A stretch of DNA of 63,789 nt, the filler included, from Stramenopiles sp. TOSAG23-3 (lineage: Eukaryota): the NCBI GenBank assembly GCA_900128585.1. It is 48 parts of 48 records of this genome, joined end to end, with 100 filler letters (N's around TTAATTAATTAA, not from the genome) between each part and the next. Parts side by side here need not be neighbours in the genome. Positions count along the whole stretch, not along the records: positions 12,071 to 13,307 come from LT646200.1; positions 13,408 to 14,644 come from LT646201.1; positions 14,745 to 15,980 come from LT646202.1; positions 16,081 to 17,315 come from LT646203.1; positions 17,416 to 18,650 come from LT646204.1; positions 18,751 to 19,985 come from LT646205.1; positions 20,086 to 21,320 come from LT646206.1; positions 21,421 to 22,653 come from LT646207.1; 40 more parts are not named here. One strand, given 5' to 3'. The translations under genes and the position numbers were made by a program. The notes below the pieces were generated by a model, which did not search any database, was not told the origin of the DNA, and saw nothing but the letters and a program-made list of their open reading frames with translations. Shown here in pieces: positions 12,071-22,653 of this stretch. How positions within the stretch are numbered: position 1 is the first letter of the stretch; every line of letters begins with the position of its first letter.

Positions 12071-12147
12071 CCGGTTGCTTTGACATCTTCCGCAGCCAGC
12101 GGCGTTGCCAGAATGAGGCAGAGGGCAGCGATTCGTGCAGTTTTCAT
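12071..12147 (-). CDS. 5' end of a putative secreted protein
   Basis: MKTARIAALCLILATPLAAEDVKAT reads as a signal peptide and runs off the contig end. Confidence 0.35.
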
Positions 12148-13407
12148 TGATGAATTTAAGTTCAGATTGATAATGGCTTGTTATTAGAATACGATAAGTC
12201 TTTTTGATGGGGTTCAGAAGGAGAACGGCGGGAAAAAAGTGCACCGTGAATTTGGCAAAGTAGTAGAAACGGTATCCCAGTAGGAAGAAGAAGAGGAGAA
12301 CGACAAGGCCATATAAAATATGCTGCATTGGAAAAATAATGGATTATTTGGTACGCTGTGCGTTGGAAAAAGTAATGGATTATATATGGACGCTGTACCT
12401 CGTACCTCCCCCTCTTTTTTTCTCCTAGAGCATCCACCAATGACAACCAATCATTTATAGACGAATTTATTACAGGTCGTAGCAAACCAAAAGTAAATGA
12501 AAACAAGTACAGAGGAAAGTATGAATAGACTAAGTGGAGTATGGAGAGTAGGGATTGTATAGTATGTACAGGAAAATAGATTTTGAAGTACTTAGTAAAA
12601 AGTTAACGAAAATGAAGTCCCAAAACTTATACATACATTGATCTACTTCACGAAACGAGTCTTCCGACATCTTACCATTTCCCATGCTATACAATGTTCG
12701 TATTGTTCGTCTCTTTTGGAATTTAATACTTCCTTGTTATTTATATGTTAAACTGATTATTTATAATTAAAAAAAAGAAGAAGAATGAAAAAAAAATACC
12801 GAAAATATTTATTACCCAGTGTACACCGAACGGGCGAACGGGGAACGGAACCGGCCTGTCCAATACTATGTACAAAAAGGGACAGTTGAATCGTTGGGCT
12901 GTGCGCAAGAAAAGAAGTGATAAAACAGACACGTTGGCGAGAAGATAGCCACGACCCTTTGTTGCCCGGTTAGTTGGGTATGCACCATTGTGTGATGATG
13001 GACTTGTATCTCATCATATTATTTTTAATGTTTCGTTATTTTATTTTATATTGTGTTGTACTATATATATAGATATATAGGTTACACATAGTAGAGTATG
13101 AAATAGTAGGAAGAAAATACAAAGGCTTTAATAATCAATCACTTATCTTTATAACTTAAATTGAATTTAATCCTCTATTTAGACCAATGAGTATAATAGC
13201 ACTAGACTATAATAAATAATAGGAACAGTAGAACTATTTATCATATCGTACGCATTTTGGTTTTTTGTTCTTCTTAAATTTCATGCGGAAGCCATCAAAT
13301 TGATTTCNNNNNNNNNNNNNNNNNNNNNNNNNNNNNNNNNNNNNNNNNNNNTTAATTAATTAANNNNNNNNNNNNNNNNNNNNNNNNNNNNNNNNNNNNN
13401 NNNNNNN

Positions 13408-13645
13408 CGATGTCCTCCCCCTCGGACGTCGAGGCGTCGCTGGTCGTTTCGTTGTCCTCGCTATGGGTGTCCAGGTCGGAAAAGAGGGACGAGAAGAACG
13501 GGTCATCGTCGAAATTTGTCAGCTGATCGTCCGAATCGATCGATATGGTCGATGGCGAGATGTCCTCGCCCAGCTGTTCCAGTCCAACCTTCTTCTGGCC
13601 AACGACGGGCGGCAGCCCTGCCCCCTTGCCCACCGCGGTAGACAT
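13408..13645 (-). CDS. Hypothetical protein N-terminus (acidic, 3' truncated)
   Basis: GC-rich ORF starting at ATG after AT-rich upstream DNA. Confidence 0.5.
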
Positions 13646-14567
13646 GTTGGTCTGGTGGTGGTGGCGGTGTGGTTCGTAGCGGTACGTGCCAGGCCGAAAC
13701 GTCTATCTCTTTTTCTTTCTTTCGTTAGTTCGTTTGTTACCCCCTGAATCAATAGTTGGTGTTTCTTTCCTGACCGTGTAAGTGATGATGGGTAGCGGAT
13801 ATACATTCGTTGTTTACTTCATTGTCAGAATTTTAAAGTGAAACAGATGTAATTAACTAATACAAACATTTAGCACAAGACGATGTGGGCACGGCGGGGG
13901 TGTTCGATGTCGACGATCTCGGGTGATTATGTTCCAACAACATACAATGCTATTTTTATGTATTCAATGATAGAGGTTGGAGTGGGAGGATGGAGTTCAT
14001 CTTCTTACTTCTTCTTCTTCTTTCTTCTTTCTTCTAAATTCTTTTTTTATTTTTTGGGCTGCTCTACTCCTGTCGTAGTTAAGATGTTTTAGGATTAGGG
14101 ATTCATTCATCAGGGACCCCAATAGAAGTCAAGGTGTTTAAATAGGTAAATAAATGTATAAAAGAATATGCATGTATTATACTTATATGTTTTATGAAAA
14201 AAAGAAAATGCAAAGAACAAATACAAGTACTGTACCAAGGGAAGATGGAATAGGTAGTACAGGATAAATAACATAGGAATAGCTTGGCTACGACAAAGCT
14301 GACTGTTGAATGTGAATATTTTTAAAGAAGAACGGATAAAATACTATTTAAAATGTATAGTCTCTACTATATTTCCTTCCTATATATATGATGATGATGA
14401 TCTCATTATTACTTTACCTATCAACTCAAAATAGTTTAATTATAATTACTGTATAATGTTATATGTAATTTAAACAGTACAGTAGTAAGATTTTAATTTA
14501 AAAAACTCTTTTATTTTATTACCGAGCGAGCGAGCGAGCGACCAGAAAAATTCAATTTGCTCTTGTA

Positions 14568-14644
14568 CTTTCTTCTTTCTTCTTTCTTCTTTCTTCTTTC
14601 TTCTTTCTTCTTTCTTCTTTCTTCTTTCTTCTTTCTTCTTTCTT
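14568..14644 (+). repeat. (TTCTTTC)n 7-bp tandem repeat
   Basis: Read directly; lies at the contig end. Confidence 0.95.
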
Positions 14645-15491
14645 NNNNNNNNNNNNNNNNNNNNNNNNNNNNNNNNNNNNNNNNNNNNTTAATTAATTAA
14701 NNNNNNNNNNNNNNNNNNNNNNNNNNNNNNNNNNNNNNNNNNNNGAAAAGCCACGGGGAACAACAATGCATTTAGTGTTTCTTTTGATAGGGTTGGTGTT
14801 GAAGTATGTTTTGACACCTTGGACGATGGAGTTCATGTAACGGGTGTTAAATTTGGGGGCGGCAAATGATAAGTAGATGTGGGTATTGGGTAGCACTTGT
14901 TATGTATTTTTCATTTTTTAGATCCTGCAAGAATTACGTATCATTATTTAATTCTTTATTTAACCTTGAGTCGCGAAGTAAGATAACTATGCATAACATA
15001 CCAGTATTATAATACAACGTGGTGTCGTTCAAATAAAAAAGAGTGTTTCTCGGTAAAGAAAATGTACGTGAAAAAGACGTTTTTCCCCATTGAAAGAACT
15101 TCTGATAGTAGCGTACCTCTTAAATTCAAGATACACTTCGCAATTTTACCATATTTTATTAAAGATCTTACGACGAAGCTAAATTTAATTACTTAAATAA
15201 CAGCCAATTTTCTTGTTTTAAAATATGGTTTTAGAGCGAGTGTAAATTATAAATACGCGTGCACCAAGATTTTTCTTATGTTATCATACCTTGATAGTCT
15301 ACGAATGATCTCTTTATTTCTCTCGTAGCTAAAAAATATTTTTTCTTGCTTCTGGCAGCGGGGTGGCGACTAACAAAAAAAGAACTAAAGCTGATATATA
15401 ATAATATTCCTGCGATGGTTCTTTTTCTATTCGGTAATATTGTCTGCTCAAGTTTCACCCCCATCTATAAAACTAAATGTGACTGCCATCA

Positions 15492-15980
15492 TCAGCTAGT
15501 ATGCATAAGATCTGAAAGGCGGAGACGAATGGGGCCTTTGTATGGCTCGTCTGTATCCAATACCTTCCCCTTTTGCATCACGTCCAGCTTGCCTTCGCGG
15601 ACGAGTGCTCTAGCAGCTTCTCGAGTGGGCTCCATCAACTCTCTCCAGTTCTGCTTTCGCATTCGCCGAGGGATTTCACTGGGTCAACATGTTTTTCCTT
15701 TATCGCGCGTCCTCAGAAGCTTTAAAATATTTTCTTTCAATAGCACCTTCATACTACCCCCACCCCCCCAGTCTTTGATCAGTGTACTTTGCGACGAGGT
15801 TGACGATTGATTCGAATGCGATAATAACTCCTTTAACCATCGGCTCTCGGCCTGGGTTGGTTCTCGGATAGAACCAGGCTTCAGATCTCCTAGTTGGAAT
15901 GGGCCGTAAGCTACCCGGCGTAAATTCAAGACTTGGTGGTTAAGGTGTGCCAGCATTCTTCTTACATGGCGCTTTTTCCC
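15492..15980 (-). CDS. RsuA/RluB-family pseudouridine synthase C-terminus fused to a DUF3253-like domain, with in-frame TGA at 15684-15686 (candidate Sec)
   Basis: GKKRHVRRMLAHLNHQVLNLRRVAYGPFQLGDLKPG (RsuA family), then ILKLLRTRDKGKTC*PSEIPRR..WRELMEPTREAARALVREGKLDVMQKGKVLD..YKGPIRLR (DUF3253). Ends TGA TGA at 15494-15489. Confidence 0.8.
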
Positions 15981-16080
15981 NNNNNNNNNNNNNNNNNNNN
16001 NNNNNNNNNNNNNNNNNNNNNNNNTTAATTAATTAANNNNNNNNNNNNNNNNNNNNNNNNNNNNNNNNNNNNNNNNNNNN

Positions 16081-16671
16081 AAAGGCAAGCTGTTTCGACA
16101 CATTGAAACACATCCGGGAACGAAAGCGAAAGCCGAATGGGCACAGCATTACATGAAGGCGAAAAAAGGGTGCGTGACAAATTTCTCCGAACGCTTGATC
16201 GCGTTTGCGGCAGTAGAGGGTATTATGTTCTCTAGCTCGTTCTGTGCTCTGTTCTGGTTAAAGAACAAAGGCCTCTGCCCGGGCTTAACTTTCTCCAACG
16301 AGTTAATCTCAAGGGACGAGGGGTTGCACCGGGACTTTGCGGTTGCCATGTACAAGATGTGTCCTAAATTACCACGAAAAAAGGTACTTGAAATCGTGGA
16401 AAGTGCGGTACATGCTGAGATGCAATTCGTCAACCATTCGCTACCGGAAAATTTGAGAGGCATGAACCATTTGATGATGTACCAGTACGTTCAATTTGTG
16501 GCGGACCATCTGTTAAACGCGTTGGGTTACAATAAGCATTACAAGGTTACGAACCCCTTTCCATTCATGGACATGATCAGCCTAGAAGGCAAAACGAATT
16601 TTTTCGAGAGGAGGGTGGCCGAATATTCCAAGCCGTCCGATATCTCATTCGGGATGGACGTTGCTTTTTAA
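16081..16671 (+). CDS. Ribonucleotide reductase small subunit (R2), 5' truncated, probably viral
   Basis: FAAVEGIMFSSSFCALFWLK, SNELISRDEGLH, NPFPFMDMISLEGKTNFFERRVAEY, C-terminal F. Confidence 0.95.
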   Translation, partial: KGKLFRHIETHPGTKAKAEWAQHYMKAKKGCVTNFSERLIAFAAVEGIMFSSSFCALFWLKNKGLCPGLTFSNELISRDEGLHRDFAVAMYKMCPKLPRKKVLEIVESAVHAEMQFVNHSLPENLRGMNHLMMYQYVQFVADHLLNALGYNKHYKVTNPFPFMDMISLEGKTNFFERRVAEYSKPSDISFGMDVAF

Positions 16672-17036
16672 AATTTGAAATTGCACGGTTCAATGGTCAG
16701 TTCTCTTGGATCGCCCCTTGGATCTTCTGCACAATGAGGAAGAAATACAGAGAGTACACTATACCGGTTTAGAATCTGCTGTATTTCTTCCGGATACTCT
16801 CTTTTATTTGGGTTGTTTTCAAACCATTCCAATGCTGTTGCAAAGTCTTGTTCAACCACACGCTTTACTTCGTCCAAATGTTCTTTGCATTTTATGGAAC
16901 ATGCCGTTAATGTACATTCCCCACACCCGGTTGTTCTTAGATAATTGCACATGTGATCTTTGAATTGTCGGATCAGCATTTGCGAAGCTCTGAAACAGTC
17001 CACTGCTTTCTCGAATTTTTGTGGTTGGTTTCCCAT
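16668..17036 (-). CDS. Hypothetical protein (MG start, Cys-rich), probably viral
   Basis: Complete 122-aa ORF whose stop overlaps the RNR stop. Confidence 0.6.
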   Translation of the reverse strand: MGNQPQKFEKAVDCFRASQMLIRQFKDHMCNYLRTTGCGECTLTACSIKCKEHLDEVKRVVEQDFATALEWFENNPNKREYPEEIQQILNRYSVLSVFLPHCAEDPRGDPRELTIEPCNFKF

Positions 17037-17078
17037 TTTTAAAGTGTGTGTATTTATATATACTAAATTGTTTTTTAT

Positions 17079-17315
17079 ATGAGATATTTAAGGTATATTA
17101 TTGTTCTACTGTGTTTGCATGCTTTTGTGGTAACACTTCCTTTTCCATGGATCTGCCGCCACTACACTCCAAAGAATAATACCGGGGGACTGGAATTGTT
17201 ACATCATTTCCATTCCAAGGTCTCCAATTACAGTATTGCCTCTGGTACAGCCCTAGGACTTCGGCGACACGGTAAATTAATTCCATGGGACGATGATTTG
17301 GACGTGGTTGTTCCA
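17079..17315 (+). CDS. LicD/fukutin-family nucleotidyltransferase with signal anchor (3' truncated)
   Basis: GTALGLRRHGKLIPWDDDLDV matches the LicD motif GTLLGAxRH.GFIPWDDDID. Confidence 0.85.
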
Positions 17316-18228
17316 NNNNNNNNNNNNNNNNNNNNNNNNNNNNNNNNNNNNNNNNNNNNTTAATTAATTAANNNNNNNNNNNNNNNNNNNNNNNNNNNNN
17401 NNNNNNNNNNNNNNNTCCCTTTCATTATCTATCAATTCATCGACTTCTTCGTTTAGTTTCTTGTTCTTAATAATGAGCTTATTATTTTCTGCTTAAGTAC
17501 AAACAAACCGTTTGTTGCGTCTCTACTTACAGTCGTTGTAACGGTTTATCCTTTGCGAAAAAAACTGAAATGCGTAATAAAATAATTAATAAAAGAAGAA
17601 GGGGCAAACATTACTTGACGAGAAACTGTATTTATAGGTGGCGGTTTGCCTATCAATTCAATAACAGGACATGAAAGCCGCTATCTTAAAACTTGTGTGA
17701 CCAGTTCCTTTGCGTACGTATACAGTACCGGCACAGTGTAAACAGAACAGCTCTCTGCAGAGGTATTTAATTTATTGTATTACAAGACTGTTTTGCTTCA
17801 TTGCATTCATGCTACAGCTCGTTCATTTGTTACTGGTATTCCTACCTGTACATATATGAAACAGAGTTACAATGCACACCAGTTGGTTACCGAAATAATA
17901 ATAATAATAATAAATTAAAAAAATAACAAACAACTACAGTACAACGTGGACAAGACTAGAACGACTAACTGTTATTTTATTATTCATTCAGTATAATATC
18001 GAATGAGAATGAATGATGGATGAGAATAAAATAATATAAATAATCCAACAAACAGTATTACGCGGGAGTGTGCAGCAGCAACATCGAATGTATGTGTGCT
18101 TCCTTATCCTTATGCCCTTAACCATTGGCACGAAAACTGCCCACGAAAACGTAATAGTGCGATTCCCAAAAAGATTTATAGAATAATTCCAAGAGGGAGT
18201 GATTGAGGGGAAACTAGACTGCATCGCC

Positions 18229-18650
18229 ATGTCGAACCAGGGGAAACATAATGAAACCCGTCCCTCTCGGGGAACGGGCAGTGGTGTTCCAACCAGTATA
18301 TTAAAACTGCGGCCGACGGCGAATCCCACGTGGGAATCGCCCAGGCCGGTTCGAGAAGGTGGCCCGGGTGGAAAATACAGAGAGAGAGAGAAGAAAAAGA
18401 AGAGTTCTGCCGCTCGCAAGCAAACATTGCTAAGGGCAAGGTTGTCCAAGAAGGTTTCTGAGAAAGAGGTGACGGTCGAAGACTTGCAGTCTGAACTTGA
18501 AGAGGCAAAGTCATCCCTTCGGCTAACTCAACAACTAGCCGCAAGTAGGTTATCGGACGCGCAGTTTTTGAAAGCAGAAAATAATAAGCTCATTATTAAG
18601 AACAAGAAACTAAACGAAGAAGTCGATGAATTGATAGATAATGAAAGGGA
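18229..18650 (+). CDS. Coiled-coil protein N-terminus (3' truncated)
   Basis: ORF from GCCATG with heptad-rich VEDLQSELEEAKSSLRL... Confidence 0.55.
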
Positions 18651-20779
18651 NNNNNNNNNNNNNNNNNNNNNNNNNNNNNNNNNNNNNNNNNNNNTTAATT
18701 AATTAANNNNNNNNNNNNNNNNNNNNNNNNNNNNNNNNNNNNNNNNNNNNAGAAATTTAATATATCCCCACACTTACTTTGTCTTCCTGTGTGTGTGTGT
18801 TCGTTTTATGTTTAAAATGTTTGTTTACATAGCTTTACTCGTAGAACGCTATAAATCTTATGATAAGAACGTTATCACAATCTCGCGGGTACGATTACAT
18901 TAATATAATATGTTTTTTTTTTAATTGAATGCATGAACTAGTCGTTCGGTATGATATCATAGTAGAAAAACATGCCAACTTCAGTCATCATTTTAAATGG
19001 AAGCCACTTAATGCAAAAAAACATTCTTCAGTTTGTAGATAATAGAATCCAATTGAACAGTTGTCTGTTTTCTAATACTACGTACGCATAAAAATCTGCT
19101 CTGATTATCGAATGATAGTCCTATGAAGAATTACGATAGTAGTAATTCATACCAGTAACAAAAATATGAAGAGGATGACGCCGCCGGCCGAAAGAAATAC
19201 GAACCAAGGAATAAACAAAAGTACTCTACATAGTTGAGGATTAATCATACTTCCCATTATATTTTCCTGTCTATTCCCAACATCAATTCAAGTTTTATGT
19301 CATAAATTTTAACGAGGAAATACAACATAGTTCAGTAAAATATTTTTATTTTTTATATTACCCACTACGACGCTAAAAAATGCAGCCAAGGGTTTATCAT
19401 TGCTTTGTTTTTAATTTCAGTTCTCTTTTCAATTTTTCAAGACACACAATTATATTTTGACGTTGCAAAAAGATGACTCCTAAAATAATAGCTAAGTTAT
19501 TACGTTTCATCATATTCCTACCTCTCCTCCTTATAATTAATTGTATTAGCTCTTGGTACGTACCTGGTACCTGTAAAGGAACCAGGTACCAGGTATTAAA
19601 TTATTGCTGTACTTACTGGGTCGTCTTCTAATGCATATTTAGTACGACCACGGCAGCGGGCCAATTTGCTATTCATCTCAACTCTCAACAACCCTCCCTC
19701 TCCCGCCTAATACAATAAACTTTTTAACACACACAGACGACTAATACTTGAACGACTTTTCTTATATTATACTCTTCGGAACCTCTTCTTACTTCACACA
19801 ATAGTAATTACCTGTTATGTTGCTACGCCCGAAGCAAATCTATATGCCTCGATTTAAGTCGAGTTATTAGTCGTCTACTTATAATACTATATCTATTGAT
19901 GATATGGAATTAGTTGGTGTAATAATACAAAAAAGTTACCACTGCTGTACAAAAAAAATAATTATTATTATTTCTCAGATTTCTTNNNNNNNNNNNNNNN
20001 NNNNNNNNNNNNNNNNNNNNNNNNNNNNNTTAATTAATTAANNNNNNNNNNNNNNNNNNNNNNNNNNNNNNNNNNNNNNNNNNNNCTGTGTAATGTACCA
20101 AGGTATAAAATGAAGGTTTGGATGGATGGGGAAGAAGAAGAAGAAGATTTCTTTTTTTTGACATAGTTTTTATCCGTAATATTTTCATAGGAAATTAAAT
20201 TCTGATTTATATACTGTGTTGAATTTATATAGACATAGTATTGAAATCAATGATGAATCGAACCAAACAACGTCTTTTTTATTTTTGTGGTAATATGGAA
20301 ATAGAATAGAAATGAAAGAACAAGGGAAATTGATAAAGATAAATATGGTATGTAATGTATTATAAATTATATAGTATTGTTGATAAACTAAGTATATTAA
20401 TAAGGTATACTTTAATGAAAATGACGACTGTATTGTTAGTTCATCATAAAATGTGGAGCTGTGAGCTGTGAGTTGTGAGCTCACAGCCGTCGCTCTTTCT
20501 TATTTACTCGCTATTTTTACCTGGTTCAGATTCTGTGCACCTGTTGTATACGATTACGAAGCAAATAACAAGAGAGTTCTTTCAGCTTTTTGTGGCTGCT
20601 GTGTAAATGATTATTGCCAACAATGATTGACTAAAATACGAAACGCGAAGAATATAATTTTCAACTCTGATGAAACGAAAAATCATTTTAGTTTTTTGTT
20701 TATTCTACATCATATAAACTGGGAACATTACACTACATATACTTCAAACAGTAACGACCAGACTACGGTGTGGACTCTG

Positions 20780-21320
20780 TTACCACGAACCAGCATTGCT
20801 CGAATTTTGGGACAATGCTCTTTTTCGGTATAAAGCCAATCGGTTCGACCCAAGTACACCATTTGTTTCGTTCCAATCGCTGCTGGGGAGGGGGTCTCCT
20901 TCCCCGTCGAGCGGGGAACTAGTCCCAAACGGATCATCCCAGCCGTACGGGTCGTGGGATTTCAGCCTCTCTCTTGCTGGGATTGGTATTGGGCTGGCGT
21001 CAGTTTCCTGGTTCATGTGAGGTACGACCTTCTTTCGGTCTGCGCGGGTGTTTACGGAAATATCACCTTCGTTTAACTTGCCGTCGGTTTCTTTCTGCGT
21101 ATCACCCCAGTGCCTGTACAAGCCCCTCAAATGGTGCGCAGTGCGCCTGAGCAGACAGGGGTCGAACGGAAAGAACGAGTCAAGTGGATTTTCCACGGTC
21201 GCGAGGGCACTGTACTGTTCGTTTTGTTCGCTTTCGCTCACCGAGTTTGGATGATACTGGCTCATTGCTTCTTCGGGTACATTGCAGTTTGCCAGTTGAG
21301 GCGCCACCAGTTTGTTCATG
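20780..21320 (-). CDS. RRN3: RNA polymerase I transcription initiation factor RRN3 (TIF-IA), C-terminal part
   Basis: NPLDSFFPFDPCLLRR....LYRHW is the conserved RRN3 C-terminal motif. Confidence 0.8.
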
Positions 21321-21509
21321 NNNNNNNNNNNNNNNNNNNNNNNNNNNNNNNNNNNNNNNNNNNNTTAATTAATTAANNNNNNNNNNNNNNNNNNNNNNNN
21401 NNNNNNNNNNNNNNNNNNNNATACAATGGACGCCATTTATTATCAATCGTGCAAATGTTATACTGTAATTAAACAAATAATGCTATTAATAAGCTCTATG
21501 TACAATCAA

Positions 21510-22034
21510 ATGGAAACAACAAAGAAGAAGATATTGTTTAAACGTATGAACCAACTGTATGGAATGATAGTAAGACCACCGTATTTAGAAGCACGAAGAA
21601 GGGATTTCATCACATTCATCGAAAACCATTTGTTAAAGATGTTGAAAACAAAGGAATTGTACCGAATATATTACACCATTCTGCCTTTAGAGAAGCATTT
21701 TAAAGGTGTAGAAGAACAGACTTTTATTTCTGCCATAAAGGACGAAAAGACGTATAGAAAAGCTTTAGTACGAATCAAATGTGAAGACTTTCAATGGTAC
21801 CGGCCGAAGAACATTACAGTCACACAAAGTATACCGGTAGAGGCATTGGTGAATAGGGACGGCATGGCTGTGGGCAGAGGCTTGAAAACCGCCGGTAATG
21901 TAGTGTTTCGGTGTTTGAAATGCGGCGAAATAAGCAGTACAGCAGAGTTGTATTGGAAACATCAAGAGACACACGGTAATCTTAGAGTACGAAAAATTCA
22001 AAGAATAGAAAGAGTAAATCCATTTAAGTTTTAA
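21510..22034 (+). CDS. Hypothetical protein with C-terminal C2H2 zinc finger (copy 1)
   Basis: FRCLKCGEISSTAELYWKHQETHG. Probable start METTKK at 21510 (ORF open from 21426). Confidence 0.75.
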   Translation: METTKKKILFKRMNQLYGMIVRPPYLEARRRDFITFIENHLLKMLKTKELYRIYYTILPLEKHFKGVEEQTFISAIKDEKTYRKALVRIKCEDFQWYRPKNITVTQSIPVEALVNRDGMAVGRGLKTAGNVVFRCLKCGEISSTAELYWKHQETHGNLRVRKIQRIERVNPFKF

Positions 22035-22653
22035 AGTTCAAGGAATGTGGACGCGCCTTTATCACTGGCATGTAAGTAAATGCTGGTAGTGGCGATGGAT
22101 GCATGGCCTAAATTTTTCGATACTGTAGCAAGATCGCACTTGTTACGTAGGCTTATCGTAGCAAAAGCATGCCTCAGGTAATGGGCGGAAGCGTTGTATT
22201 TACCTAGCACCTTATTAACGCGTTTTGAGGCAGCACTCTTACTGAGAGCCTTGTTGCATCTGCCTTTGAATATGAAGCCTTTGCGAGTCATCAATATAGG
22301 CTTTAGCAAGGCTGAAGTACGAGGACCCATTGGAATTGTCCTCACTTTTTTGCCTTTACCGATTACCGTAAATGTTAGACAGCCATCGGCACGTTCCTTG
22401 ATCATATTCCTATGTAAAGTACGGCATTCAGTTAATCTGAGTCCTAGGTAGAACAGCAATTGTAACAGCAGTTTTGTATCACCCTTTGCACTGAGTATGG
22501 CTTCGATACACGACTGTTGCGGTAAATGGCGTTCAACTCGGATCTGGTTTTTCCGGGGAACTTTCAAGCATTTTGAAATGTCTTTGTTAAGGTAATCCAT
22601 TCGGTAACAATATTTGAAAAAGCTTTTAACGGCCGCAATGCAACGTCTGCTCG
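22031..22653 (-). CDS. XerC/D-type tyrosine recombinase (copy 1), 5' truncated
   Basis: Catalytic set R (GLRLTE), K (GKGKKVR), HxxR (HYLRHAFAT), H (LGHASIATT), Y (IYLH). The frame stays open to the contig end with RRCIAAVKSFFKY. Confidence 0.95.

Noticed and set aside
14089-14100. Telomere-like TTAGGATTAGGG (also 42724-42735; AACCCTAAACCTA at 60138)
   Set aside because: Only one or two units and internal, so they cannot be called telomeres.
15684-15686. Genome-wide TGA reassignment (e.g. to Trp) as the explanation for the in-frame stop
   Set aside because: Other long ORFs have no internal TGA and use TGG for Trp, and TGA terminates this gene and the PIF1 gene.
17416-18650. 79-bp perfect inverted repeat at both contig ends (17416-17494 and 18572-18650) as a transposon TIR
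   Set aside because: Its length equals the 79-bp assembler overlap seen elsewhere and it duplicates coding sequence mid-ORF. Most likely a fold-back amplification chimera or graph junction.
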